DNA of 64,000 bases from Phoronis australis (lineage: Eukaryota; Animalia; Phoronida): contig NMRA01000379.1 in NCBI GenBank assembly GCA_002633005.1, forward strand, positions 1 to 64,000, read 5' to 3'. This document shows positions 1 through 13,290 of this stretch, in pieces. Below the pieces are notes generated by a model that was given only the letters and a program-made list of their open reading frames with translations, was not told where the DNA came from and ran no database searches. Position 1 is the stretch's first letter. Each line of letters opens with the position of its first letter. The position numbers and the translations under genes were made by a program.

Positions 1-434
1 GTAGAGGTGAAAATTTTTATGTCTTGTTCATAAGCAGACGGTGTACTCTAATGTTGTCAAAAGATGTACATTTGTCATGAATAAAACAGGAAACATCGAC
101 AATGTGACATAGGATTAAATGTTGGATTATTTTAACGTACTCACAGTACGTGCCACGACAGACAAAATGAGCTGGACTTTCCTGTCATGGTGGCTAGGCA
201 GAAGTCAAAATAATCGTCAGAGTAGCCTTACTTCACGACCGAGAATGAAGCGGAAGCCATTCCCTCATTGAAATTTGAAGGCCTCACAGTTAATGTTAAC
301 AGAATTAGCTGTCATGATGGGAAAATGGCATTTTGCTTGATAACATTTTTCTTGTACAACAGTTACTGTAAGTTACATTTTGGCGAAGGGTACCGCCAGC
401 TGTATGGAGAGTTAAAGAACACTGAAAAACCAAC

Positions 435-596
435 CAGTAATGAGGCCGCCTCCACTGGCTGATTACAGTGTTCACAGGTGACCAGACGTCGATCGCAGGT
501 CTGCTGCAAGTGATGATCCAGTTCTTTCTTGAAAACTAACAGGCCACAGCTGTTCGGACAAGGGATACGAGCGAATCCACAGATATCCTCATGTTT
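435..596 (-). CDS. TRAF6: TRAF6-like coding exon 3 (TRAF-type zinc finger)
   Basis: cag|AAACATGAG...TTACTG|gttggt, 162 nt, phase 0/0; [54 protein letters not shown]. Confidence 0.88.
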
Positions 597-3500
597 CTGA
601 AGAAAACAGAAGAAACCCTGAGGTTGTGTTAAGGTTACACTCGCAATCACTTACAAGCAAAATTACACTAAAAGTTTCTGTGAAGTTTCGATTTACTGAC
701 AGAATCAATGGCCTCAACTTGTTCCGTACTTGGTAAGAAGGGATTAGCCTTCCAGACGAATCAGCAGGGCATTATTGTCTCAGGCCATTGAGACATTATG
801 GAACCATTTTCATAACACCAACTTGTCCGCAATAAAATGATTCTTTTAAAAGCGGACAGTTTCGTATAAGCTAAGGGACATTATTATTTTTATGACCAAA
901 AAACAAGGAAATTTCAGGATTATCAGTGAATGGGAATGACTTTTTGGAGTTAATAGCTTTGACCAGAGCTATAACAATAAAATCTGTTGTTTTTGTGACA
1001 TTATTGCAAATCGCCAAATCTCACCATCACGTCGCCTGCCAGAAATTCACTGAAATCAAGGATGGCGACTCTACCACTATATGCTTAAAATATTCTGCCA
1101 TACACCAAGTGGGCTTTAACTCAGCAAGCACAGATTTTGGCTGTGACACGAGAGCTTCAGGTTTCATTTCACTATGTGGCTTGTCTCAGAAAATTTTTTT
1201 TTCTGGCTGATAACGTCACTTGATTGTACAAACTACACAAGTTGTTCTCTAACTGGCAGGACAGCAAACAAGACAAAAGTCTTGAATCGTTCTCAAATTT
1301 CTAAATGCCTGAAACATTCAATCAGATCTCCTCTTATTCAGCAACAGAAATTTCCTGAAAAGAAACCTGACTTTGTGTCTAAGTTCAATGTTTACTACAA
1401 ACATTAACTCGATCCCTTTCAACTGACAGTCTGACAAATATTGACTGATCAGAAGGTTGAATTAAATGAGATCAAAGCAAGATGCTGATTTATTTGCAGC
1501 CATATTGAAGATGAAACACTTTTCTTCAAAAGACATTTTTATTGGACTATAAAAAAAATAAAAAATAAATAAAAACAAATATAATCAGTCAACGTAGACT
1601 TCGAGGGTGCTAAATCAAGGCACTTTTAATTATGGAGTGAACCAAGTTTAATGTCCCAGCAGATGCAGTCAGTGACATCACTACATCAAGACAGTACTGA
1701 GAACAGTAAAGGGGATGGTGACCATTCTTAGCAAAAATACAGACCCTTTGTTTTCTAGCTTATACATTTTCCCCTGGCGTGTGTTTACTGCTCTTGAAAC
1801 AATAGAAAGGGCTGTAAACAGCCTGGGAAAGAGTTGGCTCTGCATTCACTTTCATTGAGGAAATGTAATGTCCCGCTTCCTACTCAACACAGTCCGTGCA
1901 TGTCAGTCTAGTTTCCTCAAGGGAAGTGAATTTAGAGCCGAGATGCAGGCCATTTGCCAGACAGTAATTGAAGCAGAAAATGCCTCTGCAAGATAACCAG
2001 GAGCTTGATTTTCACTAAAAGGTTACAAAAATGGTCCTTTTTACCTTCAACAGAACCAACCTTAATATCTCTCAGTTCACAGATGAACTCACAGCCGAAT
2101 TCGCTGTTAGGACAGCAGACGGACAATTCCAGGACTTCACGTTTGGCAAAATTGTCCGGATAAATATCCTTTTCCGAGATGGATGCATTGTCGACAGGGC
2201 AACGGGGGTTGGATGCCCTAAAAGAACAGAATAGTCCATTTGAAACGCAGCAACACTTTGTCTAGCACACATGTACAAATTTTGAACAAAAGGCTGCAGT
2301 TATTAGACAACGCAATTGTATACTCTACAGCAACAATAAATTATGGTAGTCCAAACTAACATTTCTTAAAAGTCAGTATCTATATTCATTCGTGTAACTG
2401 GAATAAATACTGCATAGGATTCAGGTGCTAAAAGTCAAAAAGCATTAAATAAAAATTAGTTACTAAGAACGCAATTCCAGTTTGTCCCTTCCCTTACAAG
2501 CAAAAATATTGAGAACAATTACGTTCGTCTACTTCAACTGCAATTTTGGTCGCCTCATGATGAAGATATGATAGTCTTGGCAAAAATTGGGGGAAATAAG
2601 TTCTGCTGTGTTTTTGGACATAACGGAGAGGACAAATCTAGCAGAATCACCCATGAAATTTAAAGTAATCTTCCAAAAGTTTGAACTCGCTTTACAGGTA
2701 AGCCAAACTCCGGAAGGTGTGGAATTCAAACCTGTCACCATGACCAGTCAAAACAAGCTGTGGAGAATACCGGGACTGGGAACTGGCTTGCCTACTTGCT
2801 GTATTATAAACCACTGGGAAACACTCCCATATCAAAACATAATGTACAAAAAAATGACAGCCCATGCAGTCTTAACTCTGATCACCTATTTCTGTCCGAT
2901 GAACTGCAAGACTTTTAGCTAGACTACCAATATGTAAGAAATTTTTAAGGACAAATATAAATAAGTTTTTCAGCATTTTTATTTAATGTCTGGTATATGT
3001 CATGTGATAAACATAAATTGTGTTTCAGCGAAGCTCCATTTACAGAGATAACATGTAGAGATGGGTTTGGCAAAAATGGCTATTTATTAAAACGTAAGAA
3101 TTGAAATAATAAAAATACTGTGGAAATGTGGGTGTAGAAAAATTGCCACCTCATTGATAAGCAAGCATTTAAGCTAAAACCAATGGACCTAGAGGAAATA
3201 AAAGAAATGTGGGCAGTGGAAGGTGGTTTAAACAGTCAAAAAGAACTGAAAAATAACGGGTGTATTGAAACTGATATTGAAGTAACGCTAAAGACGCTAT
3301 CCCAGACACACAACAAACAGTCAATTAAAATGCTAAATGGCGCAGTAATCACCCATGACCTATGACACAAATTGGCAATGAGAGGGCCAGCAAGTGATAT
3401 CGTGGAGTATGGTGAAATGATATAACACAAATGAGAGGGCCAGCAAGTGATATCATGGAGTATGGTGAAATGATATAACACAAATGAGAGGGCCAGCAAG

Positions 3501-6500
3501 TGATATCGTGGAGTATGGTGAAATGATATAACACAAATGAGAGGGCCAGCAAGTGATATCGTGGAGTATGGTGAAATGATATAACACAAATGAGAATTGA
3601 GGCAAAACTCGCAAGTCATCAGATGAAAACTAGAGAAAGAGTCTAGACTAAATGCTTTCAGAAGATACAGCAAAAGAAAGAAAAAACAAACAAACAGGTG
3701 ATAGCGCATTATAATGCAATTTTATTTCACATTTGACATAATATATTGCTAACAAAGGACAGGGTACTAGGTACCTTAGGGTAATAGCTAGGTTACATTC
3801 GTTGCCAAGGATCCAATTTTTAGATAATTTTTCAATTAATTATAACAGTATAAACTTAAAACAGCATATTTTATTATTTTAAAATCCTTGATGATTAGAG
3901 AATCCTCATATGGTTACAACAATGCCTAGTTTGTAGAAACTTTTGAAAAGACATCTAGTTGATAATTAACACTGCTAGTTTCTCCTATTCATGGTGTAAT
4001 AGCCAGTATTACAGATCATGTTACTATTAGCTATTGTAAGGAGGCCAATCGAATAAAGAAATGAGAGAAAACTGACTCTGGAAAAAACTACAGCTGTTAA
4101 GTTCATGATACATGTGTGTTTAATTTGAAAACTTGAGTGCTCTTGGCATTAGTTCAGAATTCACCACTCAATCTATGAAAGGACACCAGATCCCTGGGGA
4201 GGTCAGGACTACTTCCACATGAGGTACAGGTATGCAGGGCATTGCCATTCAGATAGGTGGGTTTTACCCAACCAAATTCCCTAACGTTTCAGATTAGTCT
4301 ACCTAATTAGTCTACCTATATTACGCTTTCCATTTTAATTCTGAACAAGATGATTATTTTGGGAGTTAACATCAACAAATACATGATGATTTTAGAATTA
4401 CAAAACTTGAAAATTACACATTATCCCCAACAAGTGGTTTCTTTTTCTCTAACTCTCTCAAAGGTTGGTAATGAGTACCTGAATTTTTCAGTTGCACACC
4501 CCTCCTCTCATAAAAATGAGAACCATAGCAAGTAATTTTACACAGTCATTTCATCTAAACTGAATCTTCGTGACACTCATACATTCACGGATTAAGAAAC
4601 TGACTGCCAATCACATCCAGCTAACTGTGACAATTGTGAAAAATGCGTACAAACTAAAAATAAAAGAATTACGTGTGCCCGTCACAAAGGATAATGACAG
4701 CCATAACTCCTTGTTCTATTCTCTAAGTCAATGAAGTCCATTTGCATTCAGCCGTTAAAGCAGAGAGGAGGAAATTCTGCATCTTTTTGTCCGACTATAT
4801 TTGGATTCTTGATTGTACTGTTTAGCTGTTTCATAGAATTCAAGATTCTCGTTCTATCACCCGCATTCATGATAATTTATAAACGGCATTAATGGCAAAC
4901 AATAAGATATCATTTTATGGTGCAAAAAAGAGACTTTATTATCCAAAGATTATAAGTAAATCCATGGCTTCCCAAAGTTTATACAGTTATGTAGTGCAAT
5001 TACCAAGAATTTATTACCGTAAACGTTCGGGTTGACGCCCATGCTCAGTTAACCACCCACCCCCTACTTTAGGTGGATTTTCGATTTAACCGCCCACTGC
5101 TCGGTTAACCGCCCATCTGCGATTTTTGAAGATTTCCAGTTAAGTGCCCACCTCTCGGTTAAGCGCCCATCCCCGACTTTTAAAGATTGAAGACTTAGCG
5201 CCCAGTGCTATGCAAACGCGCAATACTGACTTTTAGATCAATGATCACAACTAGAGTGCAACGACGGCCTCCAAGCTGGCAGTTTGGCAATGTGAATTAT
5301 AATACAAGTAACGAATTCTTGTCTCGGGTCATGGATTTACTTCAAAATATAATACTTGAACGTTTTGTCACTTTATTTTCTTCCCATGTTCGCAAAGTTT
5401 AAGAACCCCGCCGGCTTCAATGCCTCTGCTTTTAGTGACGCGGTCTGCCGCGCTGAGTTTCTGTCTGCAGTGCACTAGATAAAACATATATTCGAAAAAA
5501 ATTAGGCCAGAGAAATCTGACAGTGGTTTTGCCAACCTTTCCAATTCACTTTTGGTAGGAAGCTCTCGTATTTTGAAGAATTTCCATAACTCACGGAAAG
5601 ATGTCAAATTCTCCCTATTTTGATGAGTGTAATTGCCAGGTTATCGAGGATGTGTAGCGACCGAACGGACAATGTACCTCGCTGGCCGATTTGCTGTGTC
5701 TGGATTTCTGAATTCAAAGGTTGGCAATATGTTACTGGATGTTTGTGTATCATCTTGAAGAAATAAAAAAATACAAGTAAAATTTTGTTTTTCGCTTATT
5801 GCATCTTAGACAAGTTGGTGTTAACAGATTCCGCCAAAGTCGCTGGCGGTTCTTTATAGTACGATTTCTTGTGACAGGCGTAACTGTGAATAATCGTATC
5901 CACCTAGCCTTTTAGCTTCCCGAATATTTTTGTTTCTACATTGGGCAGTTTCAGCCTGAACAAAATTCTTACCATTCGAGTCTGGCCTTTGACTCGAAAC
6001 TTGACAGCTAGCACCATAAATTTGATGTCTGCTGTGACCTCTGCAACACGTGAAGCTCGCACCTGCACGCGCGCATTTCTAAAGTGTCATCGCGTGAGAA
6101 TAGTTGCAATCCAAGTTATTGTTACTGGTCGTCTACACACTACAGCTCTAATAAGATCGCAGGACGGCACAGGGCTATTACTCACCAATTTTGTAAATTT
6201 AATTGTGATTGACTAATCTGTGGGCAACAGAACATTTCTAGGGATCATCCGCTGTTATGACACGTTTAGCAGCACTTGGCGACTTGACGATAAAGCTCTT
6301 TGAAAAGTTCTTCGCGTTCCAAGTACGTGTGTTGTGTGGTACTCTGATCATGAAGTAAGATTAACCTCCCAGGGCGGTTGTCTGTCATAATAAGCGTCCA
6401 TGTTCAGTTAACCACCCACCCTGGATTTCTTGAAATTTCACGTTTAAGCACCCATGTCTGGTTAACCGCCCACTCCCGATTTTTTGGGTTTGCCAATTTA

Positions 6501-8216
6501 ACCGCCCAGGGCATTAACCCGAACGTTTACGGTAGATGATTTGAACAGATTACAGAATTGTAAACCAGTATCACGGAGTCAATAAATGGCATTATTGACT
6601 GTTGTACCAGGTAATGCTCTGTCAAGTATTGTTGCAGATTTTTTTCATGAAGTTGCAATTACTATCGAGATTTGACCCCCAGTCTCACTCATTTTCGAAG
6701 CTTCAACCGAACTTTTGCACCAACAGTGACCACCAGTGAACCCACAAGTCTCCATTTTATTGAACCCGGATTCTGACATCAGGACACTCGTTTTAAATGA
6801 CCGTTAAACATAAACACCAGATGATGCAAACCTGCATCAGGCCACTGTTCACAGTGTCCACTATCATGCTGTTGCCTTTATGTTTTCAGGCTAAAACGTT
6901 CTCTGACTTTCAGTGCATGCCAGTTATGCAGACTCTAGCACAAGCGCTTTGAGCTTGCCAACCCAGCTTGCAATTAAATTGAAATATTAACCAAATGACA
7001 TTTGCCGATGGTTTTGCATTAAAAACACCTTCTGTGTGACTCAAAAACATGATATCTTTCTCAAAATAATCTTCTTTTGTCCATTTTGAGCACCTCCTTA
7101 AATTTCTTTCAAAATCTCTCCATAATCTTTCGGGTAAATAGACTGCAGAGTAGTTAACAATCATATTAACAAAACAAGAGAATGACATACATTGGAAAGC
7201 CCAACTATAGCCCCCTTCCATGAATTTCTTAACGGACCTAATACTAAATTATTGGCTTTCACACTCATTCATTAATATGTACTTGTTTTCTGACTCCAGA
7301 AATGTTGATGAACGCCAAGCTTGGTCTTTATCACATTGTTGAGGTCTGAAAACCAACATATTGACCTGCTACAGGGTTAAAGTCAGTAATTGTATTCATA
7401 TAATGATGACATCAGCATCATTCTATTAGTCGTCAATCTATCTTGCGCAACACGCACTTCCTTGTTAATGCAGCCTTCACTGAAAATTTTAACAATAAAA
7501 CTATATATCATATTTTATCAGCAGAATTAGTCACCTGTTAATTAAAATAAATTTCCAGTCATCACGTACATTGATAAGTCAGCGCCGTCTCTTTAATACA
7601 GGTTACAAGATGATAAACATCAGATCAGAGAAGCTGATTGAATTCAAAGGAAATTTCAGAATCTATGCTTTATGCATTGTTTTAAAATGTTTCATTTTTT
7701 TCACGAGGAACTATAAAATAGACTTTCATATTAATTTCATGAAAAAACAAGTTACAGAAAATGAAAACCAAATTAACTATAAATTAGAAAACTGCAACAG
7801 CATTTTTGAGATTTCATGTTTAACATTTAGATCAAATAAAATTTGGTTGTTTTATTGATCATGTGGTTTTGCTAAATTTCAGTAAAAAGATATGATCACC
7901 TGACCCAATTAATTACACACTGCAAAGTCAATTTGAAAAGCTTTCTAATTAAATAAATATTATATGTCACTGACTTATAATCTATAGCATTGTACAGTAA
8001 AGTTCCGTCATTTACAGACACTCAAAATAGTTCCATTAGAACAAATTCATTCTTGGTCGAATAACGAGGAACAGGATTTTTTGGTGTCCCAATTTGGCGG
8101 ACCTCCAAGATATGTCTTTTTGCATTTTACCTGAATGCCATAAAATATTCATTAAAGAAATCACATTTGTGATTTTTCAAAATTTAGGTGAAAGCATGCC
8201 TGCATCCGTGTGTGTG

Positions 8217-8247
<31 letters not shown>

Positions 8248-10653
8248 NAACGAGCAGTTGATACCCGATGTCTTGATAGTAAGTGGTGGATTGAATCAAA
8301 ACTTAGTTCTACAGATAATGAGACCCATCCTAAACATATTGAGGGTGACAAATTGTTTAAAATTCCGATTTGAAAGCTTGTAAATTGCTCGAATAGTTCA
8401 TGAAAATCACACATGATTACTAGGTTTTTGAATTTTGAAAATTGGACAAGAAATTTGACTTTTACAACCTAAAACATTTGTTTAATGCTGTAATAATATG
8501 TTCCTCATTAATTCTGCTGGGTGTGCAACATAATCTGGCCAATTACCAAACCACCAGGCAGCAGTTGGATTTTGAGGTTAGCCAAGTGTCATCATACAAT
8601 TCTTGGCATGGAGTAAACCAGGCACCTTGATGCCAAATATTAACCCCATAGTGCTCCGAAAAAATCACAACAATGTGAAACTGTAACAATCATACAAAAA
8701 TTACCCTCTAAGTCAAAAAATATCCCCTCTAAGTTAACAGAATCATTTCAAGCCACACAGACCTTCACATTCAGAAAGTTTTGTGAACTGTGCAAATCTT
8801 CACTTCACAGGCATGCCTTTCAGTGAGTTCATGTGAAGAACGCAGAGTCTGGATTTGTTTATCACAAGTACAGGGAATGATCACTAAGAGAGCGCCATTC
8901 ATAGGAGACGGCATAGGCACCTTTCACCTCAGGTGATCGAGGGCTCTGCAAACTTTTTAAATTTTCAATTTAGGACAAATTTAGGCAGACTTTCAATTTC
9001 CAAACAAAACAAATGTGGAGACACCTTTATTGCAATGTTGGCATACGTATTATACAGCATTAATACACCTTTACTAGGAATGTTGGCATACGTATTATAC
9101 AGCATTAATACACCTTTACTAGGAATTTCCTTCAACATGTGTTTGAATGTGGTAGTGTGCCATATTTGAAAATGGAAAGAGGAAATTTTAGCAAATACCA
9201 GAAAATAATAATTGAAAAATTTTAAAAACCTGGCAGTAACTGGATGCACTGTTTTCTATAACAGAATTCCAAACTGAGCACAACTTTTATTTGGCATAAA
9301 TTGCTTGCGAGGACGACGGTTGTAGCAGAGAAAACTTTTTTCTGTATACCTATAAATCGAGGGAATTTCTTATTTCATTTATTTCAAGTAGGTACACTAA
9401 ACTGGTATTACAAGACTTGCTGTTTCTTTTCATCTTTAAACCTTTTAAACCCTTTTCATATACGGTGATGTTGTTAATATCTAATTATCAATCATGGTTA
9501 TTCATTTTTTCTGTTCTGAGTTGTGATGGTCAGTGTTACAAGCCATAGGCTAGTGTGTTTCATGTGCCTTGTAACAAACCAACATTGAATTGCTCTTCAG
9601 CGGTAAGAGCAGAATGTTGTCTTAGTTTAGCAACGTTAACACAAGATCAGGGTAATTCAACACATACTCAGTTACAATACCAAGAACAGACCAGTTCAAA
9701 GAAAATCATAATTAGATGTTATTAGAAAATTTAATTGAATTTCCTTGGCGGTAATGTAATGTCAATAACAGTGTTCACTATGGTATAAATAGTTTCACTA
9801 TGGTATAAATAGTTTCACTATGGTATAAAATTATGCAGAGCAAGTTCTCATAACCTAGTTGCCCATGACTTGGTAAATGGTTATTTACTGCATGTAAGCC
9901 AACACTAGAGTATTATCTGTACTTAGATCTAGTCAGATTATCTTCACACGTGACTATATATGGTTACCGTATTATCAGACGAAAAAACAATGACATTATC
10001 TTGTAATACCGAGATCAAAAGCAAAGCCAACCAACCATTTCAGACTTGTGCTTTTTGATAACTTCCTTTACTTTGCAATCTCGTAAATTGCCCTTTTTCT
10101 AACAACTTTTTAATGGACTCATGACTAGGTGTTTTGTGGCACTTCCAAATCAGCCAACTTGTAAACGAGACAGTGTCGCCACCTGATGACTGAGTAAATG
10201 GCAATATGCACATCGCACCATGAACGTACATGAGATAACGATGCCTTTTGACTAATTGATAACCTATGCCATTTTGATTAACATCGGTTGTTATTGAGTT
10301 GACTTAATGTGACAAAAAAGGGCTTTATTTTGTAGCATTGGTGTTCAATGGATTCTAACAGGTAACTACTTTAACTTGACACAGTTATTCAAACCTCATG
10401 CCAGTAAACAATACTTGGCATGGCTAAATTCACACTCAGCGCCACGAGTGGCAAAACAGGCCATGGCATGAATGACATACTTAATAGTCACTTACCTTAT
10501 CCACTTTAATATACAGCTACGACAGAATCTGTGACCGCAGGATGTTTGGTGAGGTTCCCGGAGGGCTGAAAGGCAAATGGGGCAGGCATACTTGTCATTA
10601 AGAGACGGCACAAACTTGTAGTCATATCCCTCTTCCTTGCTATCCTGATCCAT
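435..10653 (-). CDS. TRAF6: TRAF6-like TNF receptor-associated factor, 5' part (RING plus TRAF zinc fingers); remaining exons lie left of the window
   Basis: Exons 10653-10496, 2217-2061 and 596-435 join in frame with GT-AG ends: [95 protein letters not shown].../[17 protein letters not shown]...[38 protein letters not shown] (Asp as last RING ligand) and PDNFAKRE are TRAF6 hallmarks. Ortholog versus paralog cannot be resolved here. Confidence 0.88.
2061..2217 (-). CDS. TRAF6: TRAF6-like coding exon 2 (end of RING, start of zinc finger 1)
   Basis: tttag|G GCA TCC...ATT AAG|gttggt, 157 nt, phase 2/0; CPVDN...[18 protein letters not shown]. Confidence 0.92.
3377..3595. repeat. 53-bp minisatellite, about 4 copies
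   Basis: Unit caaatgagagggccagcaagtgatatcgtggagtatggtgaaatgatataaca at 3428, 3481, 3534 plus partial copies. Confidence 0.95.
5017..6532. mobile_element. Non-autonomous Tc1/mariner-superfamily (Tc2/pogo-like) DNA transposon, about 1.5 kb
   Basis: TA|CCGTAAACGTTCGGGTT...AACCCGAACGTTTACGG|TA: perfect 17-bp TIR core with TA duplication; about 10 subterminal TTAA(C/G)CGCCCA-like motifs at the two ends; no recognisable transposase. Confidence 0.85.
7730..7910 (+). repeat. Old dispersed repeat fragment, similar to about 26550-26750
   Basis: Shared aactataa(a/t)ttagaaaactg(c/t)aacagc(a/g)tttttg(a/c)gattt core with similar flanks. Confidence 0.55.
8208..8247. repeat. (GT)n microsatellite ending at a single-N contig join
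   Basis: Direct reading. Confidence 0.95.
9034..9126. repeat. 45-bp perfect tandem duplication
   Basis: aatgttggcatacgtattatacagcattaatacacctttactagg at 9034 and 9079. Confidence 0.95.
10496..10653 (-). CDS. TRAF6: TRAF6-like coding exon 1 (start codon, RING); exon begins at 10686
   Basis: Acceptor ttttgttgtttcag ending at 10687, in-frame stops upstream of the ATG at 10653, donor AG|gtaagt; CPIC...CGHRFCRSC. Not in the supplied ORF track. Confidence 0.92.
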
Positions 10654-11870
10654 GCTGATGTACTAGTGCACGACAGGCCATTATCACTGAAACAACAAAA
10701 AGTTTTAAAATAGAATCATTTTCTGTAGAGTGTCCTCAAAGTCAAACAAAAATAACTGCCAAAATGGTATTTTTTTAATTTTTCAAGTACTTACTGCATT
10801 GCCACCAATGTTAAAAATTTCATCTAGTGTTTCTTGATGACAGCCGTGCTAAATGAAGTTTTCAAACAATCAAGCAAAATTTGTCTTCTTTACTTTTGGG
10901 AAAAAAATTGTTGAAATTTTACTGTCCCATTATATTGAGTTCTAATTTGAAGGAACTTTACCACATTATTTTGAAGCGTTTTCTAGTTGAACACGACTTA
11001 TTTGTAATCCAAACACAGACTGTGATCTCACTGTACATCTAGGACAAGATCTGCGGTGTAGTCTTGTATGTACTTGAGACATAAGGTCAACATAACGAAG
11101 ACTCAAACTGTTCAAATAAGGCAACAGATACTGCATTTTTGCACAGGAGCATCACAGTTGAATTAAATCAGTATAAAGACAACTTTCATTCAGTAACCAT
11201 ATCTTGGTCCACTTACACAACAACCTCATCTCCAAGCTTCAAAATGGCACAGATCGGTTAAGGCAATTAAGGCTTGGTTAGGGGAAATCACACGTGTAAG
11301 AATTCTGATACATTTTTACGGAAATGGCCGGAATATGATGAGTGACATTAATTTATACCACCGCAGAAATTTGCTGTTAGTATGATACAAAAAATCAAAA
11401 TGAGCGGTATTTATGCAACAATTTAAGCTTAGCTCATTGAAAAATTGCATTAAGCATACTTCAGGAAAAGAAACGCAAAAACCTCTCCAATGCCCATTGC
11501 CAGCGAGATTTCATTTGACCTCCCAGTGCACATACCGACTTCCTCAGTTATCCCCAGTGTTAGTTGAGAGGGCAACATGCTGAGCCTGTTGGGTTTGTAA
11601 TGACTTGGTTACTATATACCACACAGCTGCCTAGCAGTTATGAAACATTGTTTTGGATTGTTGCAGTTGCTTTTCTGTGTTTAAAAGTTCGTGGCTGCAT
11701 ATATCTGTCTTAATTACTAGAAACCTTCAAATTTCATTTCTGAAGCACAAAAATTGGCCCATGAATACAGTATTTTGATGTGACCAGTTTCATAGATTGT
11801 GTATATAGTGCTCTGTGGAAAGTAATTCCTGAAGTAGATAGTCTAAAGATGGCTGCTGCTTAAACATAAT

Positions 11871-12187
11871 TGATATGGCTTCAGTCCATCATTAGAGGGT
11901 AATCTTACATAACAGCTGTCTCTCATGATATGGTTTCAGTCCACCATTAGAGGGTAATCTTACATAACAACTGTCTTTCATATGGTTTCAGTCCATCATT
12001 ATAGGGTAATCCTACATAACAACTGTCTCTCATGATATGGCTTCAGTCCATCATTAGATGGTAATCTTACCTAACAACTGTCTCTTATGATATGGCTTCA
12101 GTCCATCATTATAGGGTAACCTTACATGACAACTATCTCTCATGATATGGCTTCAGTCCATCATTAGAGGGTAATCTTACATAACAG
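11871..12187. repeat. 55-bp minisatellite, about 6 copies
   Basis: Unit tgatatggcttcagtccatcattagagggtaatcttacataacaactgtctctca with scattered variants. Confidence 0.95.
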
Positions 12188-13068
12188 TTGCCTTTCACAC
12201 ACATTTTGAGTTCAATATTTTACCTATTGGAGGTATTGTAATTCAAAAGCAGGATCTATTGTGCTTCAATAAAACAGAATTTACGTGAGCACCTAAAATA
12301 TTTCAACAATAACGAAAACAGTATCGTCTGCTTCCGAATCCCGAATTGTACTAACAACAAGGCGTGTCAAAATACAGTTAGTAGAATCTGTGTTTGAAAC
12401 TTGTTTAGTTGCTGAAAACATAATCAAATTCATCACATCAATGAAGAATGGGCAAGAATCTCACGAACCGGTATTAAAGTATTCAGAAATTTAAGTGTTT
12501 GTCGCTTTTTTCAGCAGTAAACATCGTAAACAGCCTATCAGCGCGCAGAACGGATATCTCCTAACCAAGCCTCAAATGGCTACACTGATCAGCATCTTGA
12601 GGCTTGGGGACGAGGTTGACGCAACAGGTGAATTTTCTGTACATAATGCCTTATGGAACCACATTCATCACTCTCCCTCTATCACACCTTTCCTATCCTC
12701 TCCACGGAAACCCAAATTATTACTGATCAGTTTTAATCGCCATCACCCATAGAAAGTCTATTTAAATTTTATATATATTCAGGTTATCTCTCCTCTGTCC
12801 AGGTTTTCCATCCCAGGAACATCTTCATAAGTTCCAAATCACTGATACAATATAGAATCAGTTCTGTGAGAAAGTAGGGCTATATAGCATGCTCAATTCA
12901 TTTTTGTCATAAAATTATGTACTGCAGCAGTACCCTAGAAAAACCTCCAAATTTAACTAACTTCGAAACATCATGTCTCAGACATGGCTGAAGCTAGAAC
13001 TTCATGGCATCCTGATTAATCACAAGATCGCATACGTGTGAAGTTGGAATTGAATAATCATGATGTTT

Positions 13069-13290
13069 GCCATTTGAAAACCAGGACCAGGGAACATCTA
13101 AACTCTGACAGAGGTTCACAAGTAAATATTCATTATTATTCAGCTCTAATCATTGTTATCAGCAATGCTCTTTGGAAAAATGACTTAGCAATAATAGACC
13201 AAGCAGAAACAACAAAGGAGCTTAAAATTCGTGAGGCTCTACACATCAGTTGGTGCAAGCCCAATTTCAATAGGCAACTGGCACACAATA
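13069..13290 (+). mobile_element. Penelope-like retroelement remnant (C-terminal half of the GIY-YIG endonuclease)
   Basis: HLKTRTREH...S..NIH...IIDQAETTKELKIREALHISWCKPNFNRQ matches the L.TR..EH / L.I.EAL.I....P..N pattern of PLE GIY-YIG domains; no RT nearby. Confidence 0.75.
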
